From Squalus acanthias (Eukaryota), in assembly GCA_030390025.1 (NCBI GenBank), contig JASTWF010000584.1, positions 186,001 to 250,000 of the forward strand: a stretch of DNA of 64,000 bases. The letters are read 5' to 3'. Shown here piece by piece: positions 50,833-62,817 of this stretch. Numbering within the stretch: the stretch's first letter is position 1; each line of letters begins with the position of its first letter. A program made the position numbers and the translations under genes. The notes under the pieces are model-generated. The model searched no databases. It was not told where the DNA came from and was given only the letters and a program-made list of their open reading frames with translations.

Positions 50833-51982
50833 CTAGAAGCGGCTTGCTATTAGCCGTTGACGGACGGCCCTTGCAGTTTGACCATTGTGGGCCGCCCTCC
50901 CGCCTTGGTGCTGCTGATGATCATCCTCTGCGTCCTCTTCCTCCTCCTCCTCTGGTGGTGCTCCAAGGCCTGGTGGCATTGGCTGGGTCCTGAGGATTGC
51001 CATGTTATGCAACATGCAGCACACGACTACGAAGTTCGATACTCGCTCAGGCGAGTACTGCAGGGCTCCTCCAGAATGGTCGAGACAGCGGAACCGTTGC
51101 TTCAGCACGCCGATTGTGCGCTCCACGATGTTCCTGGTAGCTTGATGGCTCATTGTACCGCAGCTCAGCAGGGGTGTTGGGCGTACGGAGCGGTGTCATC
51201 AGCCAGGTGCTCAATGCATACCCCTTGTCCCCGAGAAGCCAACCAACTGGCTGATGCGGTGCCTCGAAAAGTTCTGCCACAGTAGTCTGGCGCAGGATAA
51301 AAGCATCGTGGCAGCTGCCAGGATACTGGGCATTGACAGCGAGTATCAGCTGTCTGTGGTCACAGACCAACTGGACATTCAAGGAATGGAACCCCTTTCT
51401 GTTGCGGAATTCCTCGGCATTCTCACGCGGAGCACGCAAAGCCACATGCGTGCAGTCAATGGCGCCCTGCACCATGGGGAAGCCCGCTACCCTCGCAAAG
51501 CCCAGAGCGCGGTCACGCTGCTTGTCTGGGGTCATGGGGAAAGAGATGAACTCTCGTCTCCTTTTAAAGAGGGCATTTGTGACCTGCCGGATGCAGCAAT
51601 GCACCGCGAACTGGGAGATATTGGCGAGGTCCCCAGCAGCAGCTTGAAATGAGCCAGTAGCGTAAAAGTTCAGAGCCACTGTGACCTTCACTGCCACCGA
51701 CAGAGACGTCCTGGACCTCAGTTGAGGCTGCAGATCTGGCTGCAGCAGGTGGCAGAGCTCAGTGACCACCTCCTTGCTGAATCACAGCCTTCGCAAACAC
51801 AGCTCCTCAGACATATGGATGTAGGAGAGCTGTTCACGATATACCCTGGGAGGGTAAGCTCTCCTGTACATACGCCTGATGGCCCTCCTCCGTCTGGCCA
51901 TCATTGCCACTCTCTCTCTGCGTCTCTGTATCCTCCGATTCAGCTGGAGCAGGACGACGCCCCCAATCAGTGCAGCCCCCAT
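50833..51982 (-). pseudogene. Harbinger (HARBI1-like) DDE transposase, disrupted
   Basis: GAIDCTH, GDKGY and VERTIG catalytic motifs. In-frame TGA at 51782-84 and a frameshift near 51150. Confidence 0.9.
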
Positions 51983-53061
51983 ATTCTCTTTGCAAGCAAA
52001 GTAATGAAGGACAGCAACTAAAGTACCAGTGAAGTTAGGATCAATAGGCAAAACTACCTCACAAAGCGTTGAGTCAATGTAGAAGTCTCTCTTTCTCTCT
52101 CTCCGAATCTCTCTCTCTCTCTCAGAACGAGTGGTGCAAAAATGTCGACCACAGAAAAAGACAGGAAGAGGCCCCCTTTAAATAGCGCCACCCCCAGCCC
52201 CACAGCGATTGATAGCGTTCCAGTCTTCCGGTCGTTGGATGCGCCAGGCGGTAAGGCAGGGGGCGCCACTCAATTTCCGCTCCGGGGCGCCACAAGGGCG
52301 TTGCACCATGGAATGACGTCATAATCTGCGCGCGCAGGTGGTCGCAGCGGTAAGTTTTAGCGCCGCCGCACAATCTCTAGTTAAGTTCCCGAGCAGCGCA
52401 AACATCGCTGCGCCTGGGCGTTAGCGGCTTTGCGCCCCATTAGTGCCCTCTTAAGGCGCTAACGGGAGGCGCAACCAACTGAATTTTTACCCCTATGACT
52501 CTATGACGCTAATGGAAGGGGAGGACCTCTGGATGCAGGAGGTTACTGCCTTTACACTTACCTCCTGGATCCAGTGTCCCTGCCTCATCCAAACCCGGCG
52601 ATAGGAGACCCCTCCACAAGGCATCCTTTCCCCCCCATGAGGCCTTCGATCACTTTCCCGGACTCCCCCGACAGCCGATGATCTTCAGGCTGGCCCCCAA
52701 TGTGCTCCACCTCCGCTCCCCCCGATGCTCGAGTCCTGCCCCCACCCACCCACAGGCCACCTCCTGATACCTCCCTCCCTCTGCCGTAAAAACGCCGGAA
52801 ATAGGGAGCGCATCGGGAACATAAGAACATAAGAACATAAGAAATAGGAGCAGGAGTAGGCCAATCGGCCCCTCGAGCCCGCTCCGCCATTCAATAAGAT
52901 CATGGCTGATCTGCTCCTAACCGCCAATCTACTATCTACTATCACAGAACCATCTCCTGCATCTAACAGAATTGCACACACGAAATAGGAGCAGAATCAG
53001 GCTACACGGTCCCTGGGCCCGCTCCACTACCCACAGGGCCATGACCGATCCGAACCTAGAC

Positions 53062-56000
53062 TCATGTCCAAATTCCTGCCCGCTCCCCGTAACCCTTAAT
53101 GCCCTTTACTTCTAGGAAACTGTCTATTTCTGTTTTAAATTTATTTATTGATGTAGCTTCTACAGCTTTTTGTGACAGCATATTCCATGGACCTACCACC
53201 CTCTGAGTGAAGTAGTTCCTCCTCATCTCAGTTTTGAAAGAGCAGCCCCTTATTCTAAGACTATGTCCCCTAGTTCTAGTCTCACCCGTCATCGGGAACA
53301 TCCTCCCCGCATCCACCCGATCCAACCCCTTCACAATCTTATATGTTTCAATAAGATCGCCTCTCATTCTTCTGAACTCCAATGAGTAGAGTCCCAATCT
53401 ACACAACCTCTCCTCATATGACCACCCCCTCATCCCCGGGATTAACCGAGTGAACCTTTTTTGCACTGCCTCGAGAGCAAGGATGTCTTTCCTTAAGTAA
53501 GGACACCAAAACTGTATGCAGTATTCCAGGTGCGGTCTCACCAATACCTTGTACAACTGAAGCAATACCTCCCTATTTTTATATTCTATCCCCCTAGCAA
53601 TGAAAGCCAACATTCCATTTGCCTTCTTAATCACTTGCTGCACCTGCATACTAACCTTTTGAGTTTTGTGCACCAGGACCCCCAGATCCCTTTGCACTTC
53701 AGTACTCTCCAGTTTCTTGCCATTAAGATAATAAATTGCTCTAGGATTTTTCCTGCCTAAGTGCATCACCTCACACTTTCCAGTGTTGTATTCCATCTGC
53801 CAAATCTCTGCCCACTTACTTAGCCTGTCTATGTCCCCTTGCAGGTTTTTTATGTCCTCCTCACTCACTACTTTCCCTCCCATCTTAGTATCATCTGCAA
53901 ATTTTGATATGTTACACTTGGTCCCTTCCTCCAAATCGTTAATATAGATTGTAAAGAGTTGGGGACCCAGCACTGACCCCTGTGGAACACCACTAGTTAC
54001 TGATTGCCAGTCTGAGAATGAACCATTTATCCCAACTCTTTGCTTTCTGTTAGATAGCCAATCCTCTATCCATGCCAGAATATTACCCCCAATCCCGTGA
54101 TTTTTTACCTTAAGCAATAATCTTTTGTGTGGCACCTTGTCAAATGCCTTTTGGAAGTCTAAATACACTACGTCTACTGGTTCCCCTTTATCCACTCTAT
54201 ATGTTACTTCCTCAAAGAACTCCAGCAAATTTGTCAAACATGACTTCCCCTTCGTAAAACCATGCTGACTTTGTCCTATTAAATTATGATTATCCAAATG
54301 TCCTGTTACTGTTTCCTTAATAATGGACTCCAAAATTTTACCTACCACAGATGTTAGGCTAACCGGTCTATAGTTACCAGCCTTCTGTCTACTGCCCTTT
54401 TTAAATAAGGGTGTTACATTAGCAGTTTTCCAGTCTGCCGGGACCTTAGCGGAATCCAGGGAGTTTTGAAAAATTATTACCAATGCATCTACAATCCCTA
54501 CCGCCACTTCCTTCAAGACTCTAGGATGTAAGCCATCAGGTCCAGGTGATTTATCCGCCTTGAGTCCCATTATTTTACTGAGTACCACTTCCTTAGTGAT
54601 TTTGATCGTGTTTAGCTCCTCTCCCCCTATAGCCCCCTGTTTGTCCAGTGTTGGGATATTCTTAGTGTCCTCTACTGTAAAGACTGATACAAAATATTCA
54701 TTCATTGTTTTTGCCATCTCCATATTTCCCACCATTAATTTCCCGGTCTCATCCTCTAAGGGACCAACATTTACTTTAGCCACCCTTTTTCTTTTTATAT
54801 AACTATAAAAACTCTTACTATCTGTTTTTATATTTTTTGCTAATTTACTTTCATAATCTATCTTCCCTTTCTTAATCAATCTTTTTGTTATTTTTTGCTG
54901 CCTTTTAAAGTTTTCCCAATCCTCTGTCCTCCCACTAGATTTCGCTACCTTATATGCCCTTGTTTTTAGTCGAATACTATCCTTAATTTCTTTACTTAGC
55001 CACGGATGACTGTCCTTTCTTTTACACCCTTTTCTTTTCAGTGGAATATATATTTTTTGGAAGTTGTAAAATAACTCCTTGAATGTACACCACTGATCAT
55101 GTGTCGTCTTACCCTTTAATCTATTTTCCCAATCCACTCTACTCAATTCCGCTCGCATACCTTCATAGTCTCCTTTATTCAAGCTTAGCACGCTTGTTTG
55201 AGATCCAACCTTCTCACCCTCTAATTGAATATGGAATTCAACCATGTTATGGTCACTCATTCCAAGGGGATCCTTTACTAGGACATTTTTAATTAATCCT
55301 GTCTCGTTACACAGGACCATAGAAACATAGAAACATAGAATCTAGGAGCAGGAGTAGGCCATTCGGCCCATCGAGCCTGCTCCGCCATTCAATACGATCA
55401 TGGCTGATCATCCAAATCCAGTACCCTGTCCCTGCTTTAATCCCCACAGTACACATATCCCACCCTACCCCCGTAACCCCACGTATTTAATTCCCCCTAA
55501 CATATCCCATCCTATCCCCATAACCCCACATATTTAATCCCCCCCCTAACACTAAGGGTCAATTTATCATAGCCAAATCAACCTAACCCGCACATTTTTG
55601 GACTGTGGGAGGAAACCGGAGCACCCGGAGGAAACCCACGCAGACACGGGGAGAATGTGCAAACTCCACACAGACAGTCACCCGAGGTCAGATTCGAACC
55701 CGGGTCCCTGGCGCTGTGAGGCACCAGTGCTAACCACTATGCCACCGTGTTGCCCTAAGGTTGCTTGCCCCCTGGTCGGTTCAGTTACATACTGCTCAAG
55801 AAACCCATCCCTAATACACTCAATGAACTCATCCTCAAGGCAGCCCTGCCCCATTTGATTTGTCCAATTAATATGATAGTTAAAATCCCCCATAATTATA
55901 GATGTTCCCTTATTACATGCCTCAACTATTTCCTGATTGATACTCCGTCCAACAGAGTTGCAACTGTTCGGAGGCCTATAGACTACGCCCACTAGTGTTT

Positions 56001-56445
56001 TTTTCCCCTTATTATTCCTTATCTCCACCCAAACTGTTTCATTATCATGATTTTTTGACCCAATATCATTACTCTGTATTACAGTGATTCCTTCCTTTAT
56101 TACCATAGCCACCCCACCTCCCCTTCCTTCCTGCCTGTCCTTCCTGATCGTTAAATAACCTGGTATGTTTAATTCCCAGGCATTGTCACCCTGCAGCCAT
56201 GTTTCTGTAATGGCCATAATATCATAACCATATGTAGTTATTTGTGCCATTAACTCGTCTATTTTGTTACGAATGCTACGTGCATTCAGATAGAGAACTT
56301 TCAAATATGCTTTGTGGCACTTAGTTCCTGCTTTTTCACTTTTTACCACTTTACCTTTTACTCCACACACTCTGTCCCTTCCTGCCACGCTCTGATTTGT
56401 GATTCCCCTACTGCTACCTATGTCTATGACCCTCTCTGTTGTCAT
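53062..56445 (-). pseudogene. CR1 ORF2p (APE endonuclease + reverse transcriptase) split by a SINE
   Basis: 230 codons (56445-55756) and 752 codons (55320-53062) join in frame, with no other stops. Confidence 0.9.
55320..55755 (-). mobile_element. HE1-like V-SINE with CR1-derived 3' tail
   Basis: tRNA head gggcaacacggtggcatagtgg...ggttcgaatc, V-domain gtgtggagtttgcacattctccccgtgtctgcgtgggtttcctcc, CR1 stem-loop and (tttctatg)n tail. Confidence 0.85.
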
Positions 56446-56483
56446 TTTTATTTTTTGCTCTCTTGAAACCTCCCCCGCACTAA

Positions 56484-57440
56484 TTAGTTTAAAGCCCTCT
56501 CCACAGCCCTAGTTATTCGATTCGCCAGGACACTAGTCCCAGCACTGGCCAAGTGAAGTCCGTCCCAACGGAACAGCTCTCTCCTGCCCCAGTACTGGTG
56601 CCAGTGTCCCAAGAAGCAAAACCCATTTTTCCCACACCAGTCTTTGAGCCACGCATTCAACTCCCTGATTTTATTTACCCTAGCCAAATTTGCTCGTGGC
56701 TCAGGTAGTAATCCAGAGATTATTACCCTCGAGGTTCTGCTTTTTAATTTGGCCCCTAGCTGCTCAAACTCCCTCAGCAGAACCTCTTTCCTTGTCCTAT
56801 CTATGTCATTGGTACCAACATGGACCACGACAACTGGATCCTCCCCCTCCCACTCCAAGTTTCTCTCCAGCCCAGAGGAGATGTCCTTAACCCTGGCACC
56901 GGGCAGGCAACACAGCCTTCGGGACTCTCGCTCTTGGCTGCAAAGAACCCTATCTATCCTCCTAATGATACTATCCCCTACCACTACAACATTTCTTTTT
57001 ACTCCCCCCACTTGAATGGCCCCCCCTACCACGGTGCTGTGGCCAGGTTGCTCATCCTCCCTGCAGTCCCCGCTCCTATCCACACAGGGAGTAAGAGCCT
57101 CGAACCTGTTGGACAAGAGCAAGGGCTGCGGCTCCTCCAACACTACCTCCTGGATCCCTGTACCTGCCTCACTCGTAGTCACACCTTCCTGTCCCTGACC
57201 ACGGGCTACTTCTGAATTAGTAACTCTAATTGGTGTGACTACCTCCTGAAACACGGAGTCCAGGTAACTCTCCCCCTCCCTGATGTGTCGCAGTGTTTGA
57301 AGCTCGGACTCCAGCTCATCAACACGGAGCCGGAGTTCCTCGAGCAGCCAACACTTACTGCAAATGTGTTCACCGTGAACATCAATGGTGTCCACCAGCT
57401 CCCACATATTGCAGCAGTAACACATCACCTGCTCTCCCAT
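56484..57440 (-). CDS. CR1 ORF1p (Cys/His motif, coiled coil, SGNH esterase)
   Basis: 318-aa open ORF with CxxC..HxCxxC, heptad leucines, GDS, GTND and DGLH motifs. Confidence 0.9.
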   Translation of the reverse strand: MGEQVMCYCCNMWELVDTIDVHGEHICSKCWLLEELRLRVDELESELQTLRHIREGESYLDSVFQEVVTPIRVTNSEVARGQGQEGVTTSEAGTGIQEVVLEEPQPLLLSNRFEALTPCVDRSGDCREDEQPGHSTVVGGAIQVGGVKRNVVVVGDSIIRRIDRVLCSQERESRRLCCLPGARVKDISSGLERNLEWEGEDPVVVVHVGTNDIDRTRKEVLLREFEQLGAKLKSRTSRVIISGLLPEPRANLARVNKIRELNAWLKDWCGKNGFCFLGHWHQYWGRRELFRWDGLHLASAGTSVLANRITRAVERALN

Positions 57441-58270
57441 TCTATGTAATTAATTAAAAATGTATTATTTTCCCTTCAGTTAATTTATGCCAGCAGTCTC
57501 CGCTACACCACAGATACCCGAGAAACTATAAACTATGGAATTGAAGTTTTGTATAAAAAAAGAGAAATACTCACCAACCAATCACTTACCTGCTTTCTGG
57601 TGACGTCACACTTCGATTATTTTTTACCTCTCTCCTGCTCTCGGCTTGGTGAAAGCCTACCTGGTCGCTGCCGCCTTTTACCGCCGCCGCCTCGCCGCTG
57701 TTGCTCCACCCAGGTCCGCCGCCTCTGTGGGCCTACCTGGTCGCTGCCGCCTTTTACCGCCGCCGCCTCGCCGCTGTTGCTCCACCCAGGTCCGCCGCCT
57801 ATGTGAACCCGCCATCATCCTGCCGCATCGAGCATTTAACTGGGGCGGCTTTGAAGGTGCGACACGGACCTGATCCGCAGAGGCGGGCGACCTCATTGAA
57901 ATCATTAAATGCTTGTTTACAGACCCTTTAGAGTGATTTTAATGCCAGCTTCTGAGTTGAAATGCAAGAGCACAGGATTCACGGAGGTCGGGTGCCTTGC
58001 CTGTCAGGGGAGACGGAAGCTCAGTGGCCATTGGCGAGTTCATTCATTGAGAGCTGGGAAAAGCTCATAAATGCTGCAACATTACACCTCATTACTTGCC
58101 TCATGGAAAGACCCTTGCTCACTCCATTTTGTCCACAGATTTAGGTGTCAGCAGTTTGCAGGTCAGTTTTGAAACCTCGGAAGCCACTCTCACCACATTG
58201 CTACTCAGTATCAGAACATTGAGGAATTGGCCCTCTCAGCTCCACTTTAGCTGCCATCTACTACATCAGC

Positions 58271-58730
58271 ATGGGCGCCGCTTATACTGTCTCATCTTGG
58301 TTCCTCAAAATCGGACCAAGATGAACCCCACCATCAGCAGCAGCAGCAACAGCAAGCACAACAGCAGGCTTCTCCTCAACGACCTGATGTTCTACAGGAG
58401 AGAGGGGGCACCACAGGGCTGCAGCGTACCGCAGGCGATACCCCCAACACAGGGTGTACAGGCAGAGGATGAGCTTCCTCAACATGACTGAGCAACAGTG
58501 CTTCAGGTGGCTCAAGCTATCGTGCCAGGTTGTCGCAGACATTTGTAGCTTGCTGGAACAAGACCTGCTGCCCAGAGGTCCTGGTGGGCAGTCCTTACCA
58601 GTGCTGGTCAAAGTCACCACCGCCCTCAACTTCTTCATCTCAGGCTCCTTCCAGGGATCTGCAGCAGTCATTTGCAGAATCTTGCCGTCGGCCACTCACA
58701 GATGCATCACCCAGGTGACCGATGCCATTT
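58271..58730 (+). pseudogene. Second Harbinger transposase, N-terminal fragment
   Basis: [17 protein letters not shown]...[16 protein letters not shown]...[10 protein letters not shown], homologous to 51982-51560, then cut by a CR1. Confidence 0.85.
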
Positions 58731-59159
58731 TTCACATCCCCTCTGAACTTTCTATATTCAACCTGGTTCACACTTGTATTCTCAATGTGACATCTGTCAT
58801 ACGCACGCTTTTTCTGCTTCATCTTACTCTCTATCTCTTTTGTCATCCAGGGAGCTCTCACTTTGGTTGCCCTACCTTTCCCCCTCGTGGGAATGAACCT
58901 AGACTGTACCCGAATCATCTCCCCTTTAAAGGCAGCCCATTGTACAATTACAGTTTTGCCTGCCAATCTTTGATTCCAATTTACCCGGGCCATATCCGTT
59001 CTCAACCCACTAAAATTGGCCTTCCTCCAATTAAGTATTTTTACCCTAGATTGCACCCTCTCCTTGTTCATAGCTAATCTAAACCTAAAGATAAAAATAA
59101 CAACAGAAAACGCTGGAAAAACTCAGCAGGCCAGGCAGCATCCGTGGAGAGAGAAAGAG

Positions 59160-59196
59160 AGTTAACGTTTCAGGTCGATGACCTTTCGTCAGAACT
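59160..59196 (-). ncRNA. Minimal type I hammerhead ribozyme
   Basis: agtt-CTGACGA-aAGGTC atc GACCT-GAAACGT-T-aact: intact core, stem II, palindromic helix III and stem I. Confidence 0.75.
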
Positions 59197-59472
59197 GTGA
59201 AGAGCCGGAAATGAAATAGATTTAAGGCCAGAGTAAAGCTGGGAAAAGGGGGAGGGGATAAAAGAACAAAGGGGGAGATGAAGAGACATTAAGAGACATT
59301 AAGAGATATGCAAGGCTAGAGGTGGTGTTAATGTGACAGATTAAGGCTGAAAGAAGTGTGAAATCCACTGGCAGAATGAAGGACAGCTGCCAGCTTCAAG
59401 GAGGAAAAAAAAGGTGGGGGGGTCAAATAAAAGGGTGGAAAAAATAAAATATAAATGTGATTGGAGCTGAGG

Positions 59473-59802
59473 TTATGATCTAAAATTGTTGAACTCGATA
59501 TTGAGTCCAGAGGGCTGTAGCGTGCCTAAACGAAAGATGAGGTGCTGTTCCTCGAGCTTACGCTGCGCTTCCGTGGAACAGTGTAATAGGCCGAGGACGG
59601 TGAGGTCAGAGTGGGAGTGAAGCGGTGAATTAAAGTGACAGGCCACCGGGAGCTCGGGGTCCCCCTTACGGACTGAACGGAGGTGTTCCGCAAAGCGGTC
59701 ACCCAATCTGCGTTTGGTCTCCCCAATGTAGAGGAGACCACATCGTGAGCAGCGAATACAGTATACTAAATTGCAGGAAGTACAAGTAAATCGCTGTTTC
59801 AC
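59473..59802 (-). CDS. Penelope GIY-YIG endonuclease domain (C-terminal fragment of the element ORF)
   Basis: NLVYCIRCSRCGLLYIGET..R..RF.EH...HF...E...I..L.T..P.GLN. Confidence 0.85.
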   Translation of the reverse strand: MKQRFTCTSCNLVYCIRCSRCGLLYIGETKRRLGDRFAEHLRSVRKGDPELPVACHFNSPLHSHSDLTVLGLLHCSTEAQRKLEEQHLIFRLGTLQPSGLNIEFNNFRS

Positions 59803-61013
59803 CTGGAAGGGGTGTTTGGGGCCCTGGACAGTGGGAAGAGGGGAGGTGTAAAGGCATGTGTTGCATCTCCTGCGCGTGCAAGGGAAGGTGCCGGGCGAAG
59901 GGGAAGGGACACTTGCTCCTCTTGACTCACCTCATTCCCCAGAACGAGATCCAGCAATGCCTCCTTCCTGTTTGGGCCAGAAACGTACTGATCAAGAAAG
60001 TTCTCCTGAACACACTTCAGAAATTCTTCCCCTTCTCTGCTCTTTATATTATTACGATCCCAATCTCTATTAGGATAGCTGAAGTCCCCCATTATCACTA
60101 CTCTATAGTTCTGCGCCTGCAGCTCTCCAACCTTATTTACCATGCTTCGTGCATTCATACACATGCACTGTAAACCTGTCTTAGAACTTATTGTGTTCTC
60201 TCTTAGTCTGACCCCACCAAAACCGTACTATTTCTTAGTCTAGTGCTATCTGTCTCTCCCAATCCTTTGTGCACCTTGTTTCTCCTTTCTGATGCTACAT
60301 CTTGGTGCCCAACCCCCTGCCAAATTAGTTTAAACCTTCCCCAACAGCACTAGCAAATTCCCGCACCCCCCCCCCCCGCCCCCGCCGCCCTCCCACCTCC
60401 CCCCACCCCGCCCCCGCCCACCCCATGAGGACATTGCTCCAAGATCTGTTGCGGTGCAACCCGTCCTTCCTGTAAAGGTCCCACCTCCCCCAGAACCGGT
60501 CCCAATGTTCCAGGAATCTAAATCCCTCCCTCCTGCATCATGTCTCCAGCCACGCATTCATCTGCTCTATCCTCCTATTTCCATACTCACTAGCTCGTGG
60601 CACAGGGAGTAATCCAGAGATTACATCCTTTGAGGTGCTGCATTTTAATCTCTTTCCTAGCTCCCTAAAATCTGCTTGCAGGACCTCATCGCTCTTTCTA
60701 CCTATGTCAGTGATATGGACCACCAACTCTGGCTGTTCACCCTCCGCCCTCAGAATGTTCTGCAGCTACTCAGTTACATCCTTGACCCAGGCACGAGGGA
60801 GGCAACATACCATCCTGGAATCACGTTTGCGGTCAAAGAAACGCTTGTCTGTTCCACTAACTATTGAAGCTCCTATCATTTTCCCAATCTTCCTCCTCAC
60901 TACCACCACCCCCCCATACAGCTGAGCCACCTGTGGTGCCGTGGACTTGGCTCTGGCTGTACTCCCTAGAGGAACCATCACCCTCACCAGAATATGGGTT
61001 GGAGAGTGAGATG

Positions 61014-62817
61014 TGTAGGGGGTGGTGTGCGGGGGTCAGCTTCACCTCTGACTCAGTGAGTGGTTCGAATCGCTCCCACGCCCCTGGTTCTAGACCTTGG
61101 ACTTATTTGGGGGTCGTGAACAAAATTGCAGTAGACAACAGGTTTTGATGAAAGAACTTTAACTTTTATTCAAGAAAAAGGTAAATACAACACAAACAAT
61201 CTTAAAACATACTTAATACTTAAACACAGGTTGGGGAACATACGGTGCAGGCGAGGGAGAATTACAGTTTACAAAACCCCTTATCCCTCCCAATCCCACA
61301 ACCTAGCTAGGTTTGATTTCAGAGGACCAGGGATAATGCTCACCACTCCTTGACAGTTCTTGACAGTCAAGGTATTTCACGATTTCGGGGTTCAGTGGGG
61401 TTTTAGGTTGTTGGGGCCTGCCGTACCCCAGACGTGGTGGAAGACTTCAGCTGCACTCCAGGTCAGTTTGGGTCTGTCCGCTGATGCGGTAAGGTGCGTA
61501 TTGGATTGTACCCAATTTTCTTCCGTTAGAGGTAGGGTTTAGAGTTTTTTAAGGGAAAATCTTACCCAGGGGTAAGTCAGGAATAGTTTGTAGCGTGGAA
61601 ACTTGCATGTCTTCGGTTTTTCCTGGTGTTGGTCTTTCGGTGGTCGCAGCGGCCTGGTTCGCACCTGGTTGGTCAGTGTCGTTTTGTTGGTTGGTTCGTG
61701 GGGCCTTGGTTGCTGCGAGGCGTTTGGGAACCTTTTTCCCAGTCGGGTCCATTGATGACCCCCCCTTACTGTGGCGTGTTGTCCTTGCATGCCTCGGTAC
61801 TGTTACTAACTTAAACTGCCTCTCTGGACAGCCTTGAACTAACTTTAAGTATAGTGTTGTAACAAATCGCACAGCTTGAACAGACACCATCACAGTGTCT
61901 CTCGGGTTCCTTGTGTCTTCTTGCCCGTGGCTTTAGGCCTGCCTGTCTTCCGAAGGTTCTTCTTGTGACTCGTTCCTTGTTGCGTGTGTGTTGAGCCTGT
62001 GTGGCTCTCTTTCTTCGCTTTAGGCCTGCCTCTCCTTGCTTCTTGGGGGAATAGGCCCCCAATTATACTGTTCAGGTCTATTGTGTTTTTCGCGCCAAAA
62101 CTGCTTTACTAATCGATTTCACGTTAAAGTGATTTAGATTTCAGTTGAGGCCTGTTTATCTTCGCGCCAAATCTCGTTTCTTTTGTCTTAGGTTTTGGTG
62201 GGCTCATTAAGTCTGATGACTTTAACTTAGTGTTAACTTGTCCTGATGGCTACCGATGTCTTCCATTGAGACAGGGCCTCTATCTACCTGCCAAATCTCG
62301 CTTCTTTTGTCTTAGGTTTTGGCGGGCTTGTTAAACTGTTCCTGTCGATACTTGGCTAATCGGTTTTTGATGGGATGTTGGGCTATGAAACTGTGTACTC
62401 AAAGTTTTATTGTTAGGAAATGTTTTCAGACTTCCAGTATCCTGTCTGGACCTGGGGATTTCAAAAGGGGTCTTGGTTTATTCATTTTTGAATGTGTTTG
62501 TGATGAGGCTCTTCCTCCTTGGTTGGATTGCATTGCAAACATCTCCCAGACAGCTTGACTTGGTCCCAATAGCCTAAAGCTGTCCACTGCCTCACCACAC
62601 CCCTTCCCGCAACCTGTGATTCTGTGACTGCAGGTTTACCCAATGGCCCTTTTTAAAAAGGTATCTTCTCATCCAAAAGTCATTTTCCTCAGGTTTTGTA
62701 TTTTCCTTCCTTAATTCTTGTCAAAATGTCTTCAAAACTGAGGCTTTGACCTCAAATTCCTTCATCACCCCCTTTAGGGTTCTATTCGAGTTTCTGGGGG
62801 ATTTTGCGAAGCCTACA
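61014..62817 (-). mobile_element. Long solo LTR (1804 bp)
   Basis: TGTAGG...CCTACA termini, 4-bp TSD GATG, interrupts CR1 ORF1. Minus-strand TATA at about 62065 and AATAAA at about 61167. Confidence 0.8.

Larger units (their letters stand above)
48033..52493. mobile_element. Full-length PIF/Harbinger DNA transposon (4461 bp)
   Basis: 12-bp perfect TIR ggggtaaaaatt, TSD TAT, convergent Myb/SANT and HARBI1-like DDE genes. Confidence 0.95.
44707..52507 (+). mobile_element. CR1 (end of ORF1 to tail) with a Harbinger inserted in its 3' microsatellite tail
   Basis: ORF2 pieces 45614-46744 and 46983-47960. Tail taactc-TAT continues as gactctatgac after 52493. Confidence 0.9.
52818..57800 (-). mobile_element. 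Young full-length CR1 LINE
   Basis: 5'UTR with a 76-bp tandem duplication, intact ORF1, ORF2 broken only by a SINE, (ttcttatg)n tail. Confidence 0.93.
59089..59907 (-). mobile_element. 5'-truncated Neptune-type Penelope element
   Basis: Cys-rich linker, GIY-YIG ORF end, 3' pseudo-LTR with hammerhead. About 38 bp of host CR1 missing at the site relative to 44610-44650. Confidence 0.88.

Noticed and set aside
50833-51982. Domesticated host HARBI1 gene
   Set aside because: Flanked by TIRs and a TSD, inserted in a CR1 tail, and carries a stop and a frameshift.
52510-52817. Possible terminal arm of the second Harbinger, continuing at 57800
   Set aside because: GC-rich and plausible, but I could not find a TIR or TSD to support it.
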